Positions 24,801 to 37,880 of a stretch of 64,000 nucleotides of DNA are shown here, piece by piece. The notes under the pieces are model-generated. The model saw only the letters and a program-made list of their open reading frames with translations, was not told the DNA's origin and searched no databases. Position numbers and translations under genes: made by a program. Source of the DNA: Basidiobolus meristosporus CBS 931.73 (taxonomy: Eukaryota > Fungi > Basidiobolomycota). Positions within the stretch are counted from its first letter, which is position 1; every line of letters starts with the position of its first letter. The stretch lies in assembly GCA_002104905.1 (NCBI GenBank), contig MCFE01000163.1, forward strand, positions 1-64,000, in the 5' to 3' direction.

Positions 24801-26435
24801 TGACTAATCCCCTGCTTGTCCCTGATGTAGGCCACTGTTCGTGAGGCGCTCAGATTCTCTGCTTATCTTCGCCAGCCTCCGGAAGTCTCGAAGGAAGAGA
24901 AGGATGCCTACGTGGAGGAGATTCTGCACTTGATGGAGATGGAGCACATCGCCGAGGCGCTCATCGGTGACCTCGAGTCGGGTGCTGGTATTTCGGTGGA
25001 AGAGCGTAAGCGTTTGACCATCGGTATCGAGTTGGTGGCCAAGCCCAAGATCCTCTTCCTGGATGAGCCCACCTCCGGACTGGATGCCCAGAGTTCCTAC
25101 AACATCATCAAGTTTGTGCGCAAGCTGGCCGACCACGGAATGCCCTTGGTGTGTACCATCCATCAGCCAAGCTCGATTCTGTTCGAATACTTTGATCGCC
25201 TACTCCTATTGGCTCGTGGTGGCAAGACCGTGTACTTCGGGCCTATCGGAGAGAACTCCAGAGTGATGTTGGACTACTTCGAACGCAATGGGGCTCCACC
25301 ATGCCCTACCGAGGCTAACCCCTCGGAGTACATCTTGGACTGTATCGGAGCAGGTATCAACGGAAAGGCCAAGGCTGACTGGATCCAACTTTGGAAGGAC
25401 TCACCCGAAGCCACTGCCATTCAGGAAGAGCTTGAGGAGGTCCAGAAGAATATCAAGCCTCAGAACCCAGATGCAAGAGAGTTTGCATCTGGTGAGTGGG
25501 AGCAATTCAAGCTGGTCTACAAGCGTATGAACAAGACCTGGTGGCGCTCTCCTGATTACAATGTGGGACGGTTAGCAAAGGTGGCGGTGGTTGGATTACT
25601 CAACGGGTTTTCCTTCTGGAAACTTGGCGATTCTGTTATCGATCTACAAGCTAGAATCAACTCGATCTTCCAAATCTTGGTTCTTGGAACATCACTTGTG
25701 GTACTCTCCCAGCCTAAATTCATTGGAGAAAGACAATGGTTCAAACGGGAGTACGCCTCAAAATTCTACGGTTGGCGACCATTCGGGATTTCTATAGTTC
25801 TGGTGGAGATACCTTTCATGTTCATCTGTGCGGCACTGTGTATGTTCTGTGTCTATTGGACAGTTGGCTTCCAAGATAACAGCGATCGTCAAGGATACTA
25901 CTACATTATGTTTGTATTCTTCATGTGCTTCTGTACCTCGTTCGGACAAATGATCGCAGCTGCCTCCACTTCGCTCACACAAGCCTCTATCTTCAACTCC
26001 TTTTTGAACTCGTTCCTTAGTTTATTCTCAGGTCTACTGATGCCGCCGCAAGGACTTCCAACCTTCTGGCGCTCCTGGATGTACTGGATTGATCCGTACC
26101 ATTACTTTTTGGAAGGTCTGATGGTGAACGAGTTGCAAGATTTCAAAGTCAACTGCAAAGAGTCCGATTATGTAAGGTTCTTTGCCCCTTCTGGCCAGTC
26201 TTGTGGAAGCTACGCGGGCGAGTTCTTAAAGGTGGCACCGGGGTATCTGGCGAACAGCAATGCGACTGATGTTTGTCGCTACTGCCCATACACCTATGGC
26301 CAGGACTTCACCGCACCACTTGGATGGTCATTTGAGCACCGATGGAGAAATGCTGGCCTCATCATCGCATTCTGGTGTTTTAATCTGTGCATGGCAGTGA
26401 TTTTAGTATGGGTCTTCCGTAAAAATGCGCGTTAG
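21833..26435 (+). CDS. Full-size PDR/ABCG transporter, copy 2 (divergent N-terminus and TMDs)
   Basis: Introns 22711-22811 and 24661-24830 are at the same positions as in copies 1 and 3; same NBD motifs. Confidence 0.95.
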
Positions 26436-27054
26436 AAATATGGCCCTTAAGCCTTGTATTTAGATAGATGTACTTGAGATAATAATAAATGATGTTCTCA
26501 GATCAACTGACTTGAAGTCTCATGATGGGGCATGGATATTAATCATTGAACATGTCAAACCCATTCCCGTCTCCTCGTACACTCTGTTAGGGAATGTGAA
26601 GCTTGGAACACTGAATGATCAGGAATATCAAGGGTTACGGTAGGGACAAGTAAGGAATATATCGGGGAGAAGATCCAATTAATTGTGTTACCTCTTGCCA
26701 AATAAGTCAACTGAATTTCGGTTCAATTAAGTTGAAAGTGTATTTGCAATTGACTTGCATGAGCTCATTGATTGAGATCTGTATTTATATTGGTGAATAC
26801 AATAATACAGTACATTTATTTGCTTAGGGTTAGATGATATACAATATCGGAGTGAGTCACTGGTGCCGCATTTAACCGAGGCCTAGCAATTCCACATGAG
26901 ATCGGTACAATTGATTTTACATAGCCAGCAACCCTGTATGAGGAAAGCGGGTGGTTACACCCGAGCAACTGCCCTTCAGCGTAAAGATTACGAGAGTAGC
27001 TGGATATGGCGTCGGCTGCATGGTGGTTGACGCAGTCATCTCTCCTTGTGAAAG

Positions 27055-27062
27055 TATATAAG
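27055..27062 (+). promoter_or_regulatory. TATA box of PDR copy 3
   Basis: TATATAAG about 140 nt upstream of ATG 27201. Confidence 0.45.
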
Positions 27063-27200
27063 TGGCCGAAAGTTGTGTGTTGAAGTTCGAAAACATTCCA
27101 TTCACTAATTTCTACAAGGGCATTGCTCTTCAATCCCTCGGAGTTCATTTATTTACTACATAGACGCCATCGATTTCTCTTTCCTATCTCTAATACCATA

Positions 27201-30200
27201 ATGAAGCCTACCAACGAAAACGAGGATCCTGAGCCAAACGACAAGAAGTCCCAGCTGAGAGACGAAGCTGACGAGCTGACCATGATCGAAAGCGGTGAAC
27301 GAGCCACCGGAGGTCAATGGGGTGGCCGCAGTATGGTGAACGTCGAGTCAGCCGAGCAGGAATTCAAGGACTTGGGAAGAACTCTCACAAGAGAAACCGC
27401 CCTCCAGCGTATCGCAACAAAGCACAGTAAGCTAGGTGCCGAACCCGAGAAAGGTGGAGCTGAGCCCCCGGACTTCGATTTGGCTGATTTCCTGACCGAG
27501 ACCACCAATGCTAGTGACAAGGAAGGAATCAAGCGCAAGAGAATGGGGGTGACCTTTAGAAACCTGACTGTGGTGGGTGAGGGAGCCGATGCCTCTCACA
27601 TCTCCGATTTGTTCACCCCCTTGGAAATCATCGGGCATTGGATCAATCCTATGAATTGGATCCGCAAAGGCCAACGCGGTACCGATTTCGATATCCTCCA
27701 TAATATTACTGGATTCTGTAAAGATGGTGAGATGCTTCTGGTTTTGGGTCGTCCAGGATCTGGATGTACCACCTTCCTGAGAGTGATTGCCAACAACACC
27801 GCCGACTACAAGGCTGTTTCTGGTGAGGTATCCTACGGCGGTGTCCCAGCAGAGGAATTCAAGAAATACCGTGGTGATAGTGTGTACGTGATGGAAGAAG
27901 ATGTGCACTATCCTACTCTGACCGTGTCTCAGACTTTGAAGTTTGCCTTGAAGACGAAAACTCCCGGCAGGCGTCTCCCCAACCAGACCCGCAACATGTT
28001 TGTATCCAGCATTCTTCACATGCTTGGAAGTATGTTCGGGCTCAACAAGGCGATGAACACCTTGGTTGGTAACGAGTTCGTCAGAGGTTTGTCAGGTGGT
28101 GAAAGAAAGCGTCTTAGGTAAGTGAAGCTGCATTGTGGACAGACTGCACCCCAGTCTAGCTCGACCAGTGGCCCATTCCTAGCTATTGATGACTGATTGC
28201 TAACATTTGTGTTTCTAGCATTGCTGAAGCTATGGCCTCAAGAAGTGCCATCAACTGCTGGGATTGCAGTACTCGTGGCTTGGATGCAGCCAGTGCCCTC
28301 GATTACGCCAAGTCACTCCGTGTCATGAGCAACACCCTGAACAAGACCACCATTGCCTCATTCTATCAGGCATCGGATAGTATCTACTATCAGTTTGACA
28401 AGGTGGTCATCCTTGACAAGGGAAGATGCATCTTCTTTGGCCCGGTACACAGAGCCAAGTCGTACTTCGAGGAGCTTGGATTCGTATGTCCCGCTCGTAA
28501 GAGCACACCCGATTTCTTGACAGGAATCACCAATCCTCACGAGAGAGTGGTTGCTCCAGGATGGGAGGGTAAGACCCCCAGAACTGCTGCTGAGTTCGAG
28601 CAAGCATTCCACGCCTCCTCTGACTACAAACTTCTCATGGAAGAGATGCAACAGTATGAGCGCTGGATTCAAGAGACAAACCCAGCCAACGAATTCAGGG
28701 ATCATCTCCGTGAAGCAAAGGCAAAGACATTGCCAAAGAAATCGCCATACACCACATCCTATGCCTCCGAGATCAAGGCATTGATTGTCCGTCAGTTCCA
28801 GTTGATTTGGGGCGACAAAGCCTCCCTTGTCTCCAGAGCCTTCTCTGTGACATCCAAGGGTTTGATCTACGCCTCAGTCTTCTACCTCATGCCCCTCACC
28901 GGTCTCGGAACATTCTCTCGTGGTGGTGCTCTGTTCTCCGTGGTACTTTTCATGTCGCTCGTGTCTCAATCCGAACTTCCAAACGCCCTGCAAGGACGTG
29001 GTATTCTGCAGAAGCATAAGGCCTACGCCATGTACCATCCTTCCTCTTTCCATATCGCTCAAGTGATCTGCGATATCCCAGTTAACATTATGCAGTCGAT
29101 TGTGTTTACCCTCTGCAGTTACTTCATGTTTGGGCTTGACCTCCGTGCGGACAAATTCTTCTTCTACTGGTTCTGTGTGTTTATGATCTCCATGTGTATG
29201 ACAGCGTACTATCGTTTGTGCGGTGCCGTTTCCAAGAACTACTTCATTGCCAGTCAGTTGTCTGGTACTGTTTGGATCGCTCTACTCTGTTACGCCGGCT
29301 ATCTTATTCCCTATCCGCAAATGCACCCTTGGTTGATGTGGATTTACTGGATCAATCCGATGGCTTACGGTTTCAAGGCATTGCTTTCCAATGAAATGCG
29401 CGATTTGATTTTCCGCTGTGAAGGAACTGATGCAGTCCCATTCGGCCCCACCTACACTAATCCCCAATACAAGAGCTGTACTATCGCCGGTAGTCAGCCA
29501 GGTCAACTTTCCGTACTAGGCGATGACTATCTCAACGCTACCTATGGCTATCTTACTTCGCAAATGGGTATTGATATCGTGGCAGTTATCCTCTTCTGGT
29601 TGTTCTTCGTTGCTTGCACCGCCCTCGCCCTCGAAAAGATCGAGTTCACCCACGGAGGTACTACTCGTAGTGTTTACAAGAAGGGTATGGCTCCAAAGAA
29701 GAACGATACCGAGGCTGAAGAGAAGGAGCTCAAAGAACAGGCTGACGAGGAGAAGAACGGTGACAAGCAATCCATGAACCTCAACACAAACACCACCTTC
29801 ACCTGGCAGCACATCAACTACACTGTTCCAGTGAAGGGCGGAAAGCGACAACTCCTCGATGACATCGGTGGCTGGATCAAGCCTGGAGAGATGACCGCCT
29901 TGATGGGCAGCTCCGGTGCTGGCAAGACCACGCTGCTGGACGTGCTCTCCAAGAGAAAGACCATTGGTGAGATCGAGGGTAGAATGTACCTCAATGGCGA
30001 GCCACTTGGAATCGATTTCGAGCGAATCACCGGCTATTGCGAGCAAATGGATGTGCATAACCCAGCTGTAAGTACCCTTTCTATCTATATGTCATTGATG
30101 GCGTGGTTGTGGTTGTGGTGGGGACAGAGGTGGTGCTCCACGGATCACCGCCCAATGGGTCGCGCCACAGCCGTCACCTTGACAACGACCCCTGCACACT

Positions 30201-31841
30201 CAACAGCTGACTAATCCCCTGCTTGCCCTGATGTAGGCCACTGTTCGTGAGGCGCTCAGATTCTCTGCTTATCTTCGCCAGCCTCCGGAAGTCTCGAAGG
30301 AAGAGAAGGATGCCTACGTGGAGGAGATTCTGCACTTGATGGAGATGGAGCACATCGCCGAGGCGCTCATCGGTGACCTCGAGTCGGGTGCTGGTATTTC
30401 GGTGGAAGAGCGTAAGCGTTTGACCATCGGTATCGAGTTGGTGGCCAAGCCCAAGATCCTCTTCCTGGATGAGCCCACCTCCGGACTGGATGCCCAGAGT
30501 TCCTACAACATCATCAAGTTTGTGCGCAAGCTGGCCGACCACGGAATGCCCTTGGTGTGTACCATCCATCAGCCAAGCTCGATTCTGTTCGAATACTTTG
30601 ACCGCCTACTCCTATTGGCTCGTGGTGGCAAGACCGTGTACTTCGGGCCTATCGGAGAGAACTCCAGAGTGATGTTGGACTACTTCGAACGCAATGGGGC
30701 TCCACCATGCCCTATCGAGGCTAACCCCTCGGAGTACATCTTGGACTGTATCGGAGCAGGTATCAACGGAAAGGCCAAGGCTGACTGGATCCAACTTTGG
30801 AAGGACTCACCCGAAGCCGCTGCCATTCAAGAAGAGCTTGAGGAGGTCCAGAAGAATATCAAGCCTCAGAACCCAGATGCCAAGGAATTTGCTACCACTG
30901 AATGGGAGCAATTCAAGCTGGTCTACAAGCGTATGAACAAGACCTGGTGGCGTTCACCTGATTACAACATGGGCCGTTTTGCCAAGGTTATTGTCGTCTG
31001 TTTGCTTAACGGTTTCTCGTTCTGGAAGCTTGGTGATTCCGCCGTGGATCTTCAGGCTAGAATTTTCTCGATTTTCCAAGTCTTGGTTCTTGGTACCTCT
31101 CTCGTCGTTCTTGCCCAGCCTAAGTTTATGTCCGAGCGTTTGTGGTTCAAGCGTGAGTACGCTTCGAAGCTTTATGGCTGGCGACCATTCGGATATTCCA
31201 TTGTACTTGTCGAGCTCCCGTATCTGGTGATTTGCGCGGCTTTGTGTATGTTCTGTGTCTACTGGACCATCGGATTCCAAGCAGTCAGCGATCGTGAAGG
31301 CTACTACTTCATTATGTTCTTGTTCTTCATGTTCTTCTCCGTCTCCTTCGGTCAGATGGTTGCAGCAGCCTCTGCCTCACTTACCCAGGCCTCTATCTTC
31401 AACTCGTTCCTCAACTCCTTCCTCAACTTGTTTGCCGGTCTCCTGATGACACCCCAAGGACTTCCAACCTTCTGGCGTTCATGGATGTACTGGCTTGATC
31501 CCTACCATTACTTCCTTGAAGGATTGATGGTCAATGAGTTGCAGGATTTCAAGGTTCACTGCAAGGGAAGTGATTTCGTCAAATTCTACGCTCCTGATGG
31601 CCAAACATGTGGAAGTTACGCGGCAGAGTTCCTCAAGCAAGCACCGGGCTACTTGGCTGACAACAACAGCACCGGACTGTGTAGCTACTGTCCATACACC
31701 AACGGCCAGGACTTCACCGCCACCTTGGGCTGGGACTTCAGCCATCGCTGGAGAAACCTTGGCATCACCATCGGATTCTGGGCCTTCAACATTTTCGTCA
31801 CCATTGTATTCATCTGGGTCTTCAGAAAGACCAAGCGTTAA
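27201..31841 (+). CDS. Full-size PDR/ABCG transporter, copy 3 (mosaic of copy 1-like and copy 2-like segments)
   Basis: ATG 27201 (MKPTNENED), introns 28118-28218 and 30068-30236, same NBD/TMD architecture, stop 31841. Confidence 0.95.
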
Positions 31842-32136
31842 TCGCACCTTCTCCCGACCTTCAACCTACTAACGAAAATCCTTTGACTATCATTCAATTC
31901 ATCCTTATACTCATCATGTAAATTGAACCCAACCCAAAAGATTCCTCTTAGCATTATCCCATAGCATTACTATTTATTATCCCAGCAGTAGCGGTAATTC
32001 GCTGCCGCTCAATTATCCCCAAAGATTAATAATTAAAAAACATTCAAAATACCCAAGATACTGTCGCTATTCGATTCGTCCCCAGGCACTTAAACATCAT
32101 TCGTGGACACGGAAACTGGAGCGTCGCTCAATCGAA

Positions 32137-32229
32137 CAAAAGGACCAAGATGAGCAAAGAGCTATTCATCCAGACAAAAGAACCAAGATGAGCAAAGAGC
32201 CATTCATTCAGACAAAAGAACCAAGATGA
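32137..32229. repeat. 38-bp tandem repeat, about 2.5 copies, downstream of the VPS26 stop (probable 3' UTR)
   Basis: CAAAAG(G/A)ACCAAGATGAGCAAAGAGC(T/C)ATTCAT(C/T)CAGA; units start at 32137, 32175 and 32213. Confidence 0.85.
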
Positions 32230-32285
32230 ATAGAGATTGATTTTATTAAGTTCATGAGATTGGCAAGGATAACACGAATGTTCTA

Positions 32286-33848
32286 TTACTCTTGTCCTTC
32301 AACGGGAGGCAAGCCATCATCCACTATGGAAAGGCTGGTTAGTAGGTGGCAGATCCATCGTGCCTAGAACTAGATATACCTCTGCGTCTATAGATAGTGA
32401 TCTCCTGTTGCTTGAAGTATCTACGGTTTTCTTCATCGATCAAGACCAAGTTGAGATAGTATCTGGTGGAGAATTTCTTGTTGACGTCTCTGTAGGTGGG
32501 GGTCAAGTCGAAGCCGCCAAGGAACAGCCGGATCGGGATGGTCTCCCCTTAAAGCAATGCTTAGTATGGGGAAGGCAAAAATTCACCAACATTCATCACT
32601 GTACCACGAATAGGAGCTCCATCCATGATCTCGAATTTGGTCAAGTTCTCGCTTTCGTTGTATTGGTTGGGAGCTACACACAGCCATAGGTTAGCGCAGG
32701 AGAGGCAATGGTGGGTGGGGATAAGACCGAACCTGAACCCGTGGTCTCTCGTCTGATAATCGACAGCTCCATGTGTTTGATTTTAATGCGGACCAGTAGG
32801 AAATAGATTTTCCCAACGATGACGTCTTTCAGATGGTATCTGCAGAACAGGAAATTGGGTCAGTGGACGTTTCCGTCGGTGGGCCAGGCGATGGATTTAC
32901 TTGGATTTGTTGTATTCGAACTCGATGTGAAGGCAATCTTCTATGCCGACCTCCATCTTGATCGAGTTGTTGGTGTCCAATGGCATTCTGTAGGAATACA
33001 CCCAGAAGTCCTTCTCCTTCACGAGATCGGAGAGTCTGCGGGAAACTGTCACCCGAATAAAGTATCTACATGACAATGAGTACTCGGACACTGAGGCAAA
33101 GCGGGAGATTGTGGTGGATGTGGATTACCTCAACTTCACGTTAATCCCCTGGTAGCTTTCGTACTGTTTTTCCACGTTTTTAAACTCGAAATCGAACGAG
33201 GTCGTCTCTCGGATCTCCCCAGGGACGGCCATCTCCTGTACCAATGACAAAAACTCGTAGTGGTTTCCCCTCTCGTAATATAGCTCTAGTGAGAGGGAGT
33301 TAGCGACTTCTCGGTCGGTCAAAGGCCAGTGGTCAATCCAAGTTACCGATATTTCCTACGAACTCCACCTTGATACCGTTGTGCTCAAAACGTTTCCCAT
33401 TCTTGACTTTGATAGTGACCTACAGTGGAGGGGGAAACCGAGATTCAGTCATCTTACACCAGAAAGGGGCGTGTACAAGGCGCCGAATATTCCTTCGGGT
33501 GTTGCTTCCCGTACGGAATAAATGGGGAGCAAGGAATGGGGGTGATGGGTAGTTCACCACACCGGGTAAGCGCCCTACCTTGCCAGAAACGGTCTCTCCA
33601 TCCAGATACAGGGGGAACTTTTCACGACGATCCTTGTCCACTTTTGCCTCGACTATCTTACGCTGGTCTTCGCCATCCAGAGTGATTTCGATATCTCCTG
33701 GTGGAGTCAACCCGAACAAGCTCTAGAAATTCCAACAAAAAAGTTACTAGTTGGTCGTGGACGGGCAGAGGAACATTCACGAGGGGACGTGATTTCGGTG
33801 GGGATGGTTGAGGGCTCATTGGAAAGAGATGCTTACTGCCATAGCCAT
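32286..33848 (-). CDS. VPS26: Retromer subunit Vps26, multi-exon
   Basis: MAMA|SLFGLTPPGDIEITLDGED, PLYLDGETVSGKV, FEFKNVEKQYESYQGINVKLR, YFIRVTVSRR, IKMEVGIEDCLHIEFEYNKSK. Confidence 0.93.
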
Positions 33849-34383
33849 TTTTGGTATAGTTTATTATGAGAGAGAAATGCGCTGGTGTTTTCTCAGTTGC
33901 TGCCTACACTCGAAGTATTGGAAGTAACGTGGATACTTTGCTAAAATCCCGCCGACTCCACTGATTGGCCCCCTAGGGTAAACCAATTGGATTGCGTGTA
34001 AGGCTAATCATGGAATTAGCAGGCAGGATTAACTCACGGCTAACTTCATGGCCAATTTCCACCTCCCAATTCAGGTTGCTGCACATCCAACATTCAAACT
34101 GCAACATGTACGTGGCTGGCATCGCTGATGAAGACAAGCATGTTCGGAGTTATATATGTTTAATTAAGTATTGGGAAATATATGGGGATTGTTTAAAGGA
34201 ATACTAAAAAAATCGACTTTTTCTAGCAAAACAGTCTCCAAGGCAAAATTGGCCCTGGATTTCAGGAAGTGGGTCGATTTCAATGACGTAAGGGAGAAAA
34301 GGATGCGTGTGGTGGTTTCGATTAGCAAACCTTGGTTAGTAGAGTGGTGGTGGTTATGGCAGGATGGGAGTAAACCAACGGGC

Positions 34384-35259
34384 TCAGTGGGCGAATTCGC
34401 TGGCCTTGCCGGACTAGAAGACAAAGACTCTTTGTTAGCACAGATGGTCTGCTGATACTCATCACACATACAGGCCGCTACTTACAGTCAACAATCCAAC
34501 AATCAAACCGAATAGTCCCAACACGGATCCGAAAATCTCTACTACGAGAATCTTCACGAAAAGTTGGGCGTCTTGTGCGTCGGCCAATGCGGCGCTGGAT
34601 CCGGTGATTCCGACGCAAATACCACAGAAGAAGTTACAGAAGCCAACGGTAAGTCCGGCCCAGAAGAGGGAGAATCCTGGGGAAATTTCTCTAGTTGAGT
34701 GGCCAGTTACGTTGGTCAGGTGCGTACTGCTTTAGCGGACTTACCAGTATAGTAATGGCTGGGAGTGTATTCTCCACTGACGGTACCGAGTTTGGCTGAG
34801 AAGACGATGGCCATAATTACACCGTAGATAGCAACAACCTCACAGAAAATGATACTATAGACACGAATGGAGTGAGTATACCGTTGCTTCCAGGAAGACC
34901 CCTACTTTCTTCTTACCTAATAAGATTCTTGGTCTTGATTCTAGGAGTTCTAACGGCACCACCCAAGATGGAAGCACCAGTGACAAAGATACCCCTACAT
35001 CGAAAGAGTTAGCTTCACCTGGATCCAGGCGCAACACACGCATAACTTCTAGTTACCAAGCAGCTCCGACGACAGACAAGCCGATGCACAGAGAGATACC
35101 CAGCAAAGCCCACATGTAGGGGGAAGTCTCAGTTAGGAATAGGCCGAAGTTGAATGCTTCACCATTTCCAGTAAAGAGCAACCATAAAGCGTAAACGATG
35201 GCGAGGAATATGAAGAGATACACAATAATCTTCGACAAAACACTGTAATAGTAATTCAT
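34384..35259 (-). CDS. VMA16: V-ATPase V0 proteolipid subunit c'' (21 kDa), multi-exon
   Basis: [67 protein letters not shown], last exon SGKASEFAH*. Confidence 0.93.
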
Positions 35260-36167
35260 CTTGGGAGTCGGACTAAGGTGAGGTCAAAGAGAAAGGGAGG
35301 GGGGAAACAATGAAGGAGGGAAAGCCAAAAGCGACACTAATTATGTGTTTGAAGATGAATTTGTTAATTCCCGATCACCCATCATACTCGTGGGGAATCA
35401 ATTTTCACACATTTGTTCAAGTTGGATGGCATGGGTAAATGAGGCGTTTATTCATGAAGGTCGTTTTTGGATAAATATTGGAAAGTTCGATAATAAAGAC
35501 CGATGGATATCTATTAATTAATTCCTTAATCGAATGCGACCTGATGAAAGGGTTCGCCACAATGCGAGAGATGGGAATGGGATTGCCACCTTGGATGCTC
35601 GATGTTTTTGCGCCAATGGGTCCGGCTTGGTGGGCAAGTCGATGTTTCTCGTCTGGCTAGAATTCCTTGGAAACCCTCGGACAAATCCAACCTCACTGCA
35701 GTTTATTGATAAGGGAATTTTTCGCCTCGCTGCACCGTTTTAACCTTCCAATTTACAACCATTCACAAACCTTATTTCCCTTCCCTCATCCATCTACGAC
35801 GCGCCTACATCCCAAATCCCAGCGATTTGACGTAAACATCGACATTGGTGCGACATCAGTCCCCCGGATTTGTACAGATGGTGGTTCAACTCAGCACCAG
35901 TGGAAAGTTCCACCGCTACTTCCACTTGGCCTCTGGCATCTATCCAACCTTGGTAAGGATTCATGGATGGACACCATCGCTGGTTGCCAGACCGAATGGC
36001 CCCCTTGTTGGATTCCTTCGATCCAGTGCCTGTCTTAATGTGCCTTAAATATACTTAACCTTCATGTTTAAAATGGTTAAGCTTTCAAGTTACGGAGAAG
36101 GTTCCTTACAGCTGCTGATGAACGAATGATACTTGGTGAAACCGACCAGGCCATCAATTAGACTATT

Positions 36168-36219
36168 CTATTAATTCACGCTATTAATTCACAATATTAA
36201 TTCACACTATTAATTTACG
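36168..36219. repeat. 13-bp tandem repeat x4
   Basis: (C/A)TATTAATT(C/T)AC(G/A) at 36168, 36181, 36194 and 36207. Confidence 0.8.
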
Positions 36220-37468
36220 CATCCGTCCAGACCAGCACCAATCACGCCTAGCCATAGTATTGGGTGATTCTTTGGCATGTCCCCAATTGTGTATTCGGCC
36301 AACATGTGGATGTGGTCCCTGGTCGCCAGAGTTTAGACATTGCTTCCGATCCGGGATAGACGCACATGAGTTTCAATGTCGCTTTCCATGTCTCGGTAAT
36401 CGTGCCAGCGATTTGCAACTCTGTTTGTTGCAAACAGAGAACGCATATGAGCCTTCGGAGGTGGGCTTACGTGCCAATATTCGAGTCATGACTGAAATGA
36501 TCCCGGGTGTTAATAGCAGTATGCCATGAGGCTCTTTCTGAGAGATGCTGACTTTTCCGAATGGCAGCGAGATTGCTTGGCTGCTTGTTTCGGTCAAGTT
36601 CCCTGCTCCATCTGGGATTATGGGTGACCAACAACCAATTCCTTAATGCACTCCAAATCACCACTTATTTAGTCAATGAGATGCGATGCTGGTTTAATTT
36701 AGCCAAGATGCCATGCCTGGATGGTGCTCCATTCTCGTGGTCACCTATTTCATCCCAGTGGTACGATTGAATGCACCAAAATGGTGACGCTGAGCCTGCT
36801 GCCAATAAGCGGAGTTTTGCATGGAAAGCACATACCTAGTCAATTTGCTACATGTTGGCATTGTAGTTGAGAAATACAAGAGAAGTACCCAACACTCCAG
36901 CCAAATTAATAAGCATATGTATCAATTGACGGTCATAGCAACCCTCGTTATTGGATTTCCAAAGAACTCGGAGCATACAGGAGGTGAAGTTTTGGTTGGG
37001 GAGCTTTCAAGACTCCGAGTAATTCGTTCATCATACATTTAATTCCGGAAAATCACTAGTATCTGAACCAACTGGCTCACGTACGGTGATTTACTAATTC
37101 GTATGCACTGAATAGTGAAATCTCTGTTGTGGCTGTATTTTGTTTGCCGCCTAATTGTTTTTGTATTTCAGGTTCCTGCCTAGCAGGTGGCTTATGGATC
37201 ACTGACTTGCAAGTTAGTCTGTAAGATATTGAAAAGCTCTTTGTGTAGTCCTGCAAGTACCTTGCTGCAGGTTCTTGTTGGTATTTACTGGTAAAGTCCA
37301 GGTTCATACTAGCGTCTAGAAATTTATGAACTTGGGGAACTAGCTACTGCCTGTCAAATTTGCTCTTTACATAAAACTTACGATTTATCGATTTGCTCAG
37401 AAGAAGTATTGAGCTCACCATATTTAGATCATATTACATATCCAGCTTGACATTGTTGGATTGAAGAT

Positions 37469-37607
37469 TGTTGTAAAAATTCGGAATTCCGACCTAAATA
37501 TTCACCTAACTTAGTCACTTGGATCATTACCTACAAATCTTAGAGAATACTGACCAAATTCCTTGTCGGGATTAACTTAGAATATTTTCACCAAAATATC
37601 AGGTACC
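37469..37607 (+). mobile_element. Truncated copia LTR fragment (family A) that retains CpG sites
   Basis: Reverse complement of one end of the LTRs at 37881, 44018, 46712 and 53267; begins TGTTGTAAAA. Confidence 0.8.
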
Positions 37608-37880
37608 TATTTAGCAGTAAAATCAGCAAAACACTGTCCCAATCCCATCATAAGATCATAAAGAAGGTCAATGATTCCAAGCTACTGGCATTATGATGGC
37701 CTCATTGTGGGATATTGATGGCTGATCTGGGTTAGATCCACCCATGGGGAGCAAAGTATTGTTCATAGAGAGGGTTGCAGCCAAAGTCATGGAAAAAGGG
37801 TGCTATGGCTGAGACGATTATTGAATAGTGCAATTTAATGGAGTCACTTGTTGAGTGTGGGCTGGGCTTAATGTTGGTGT

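Noticed and set aside
24661-24807. 660-aa PDR ORFs ending in a Trp-rich tail, suggesting half-transporters
   Set aside because: The tail is read-through into intron 2; the spliced frame continues HNPA|ATVREALRFSA in all three copies.
15578-31872. Many repeated 60-230 aa antisense and alternative-frame ORFs inside the PDR genes
   Set aside because: They recur only because the underlying PDR sequence is triplicated; no independent coding evidence.
32137-32229. CRISPR-like appearance of the short tandem repeats
   Set aside because: The units are contiguous with no unique spacers, and the context is eukaryotic with no cas genes.
35400-37330. Several 60-120 aa ORFs between VMA16 and the first LTR
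   Set aside because: No recognisable domain, no consistent splice model, and overlapping frames conflict.
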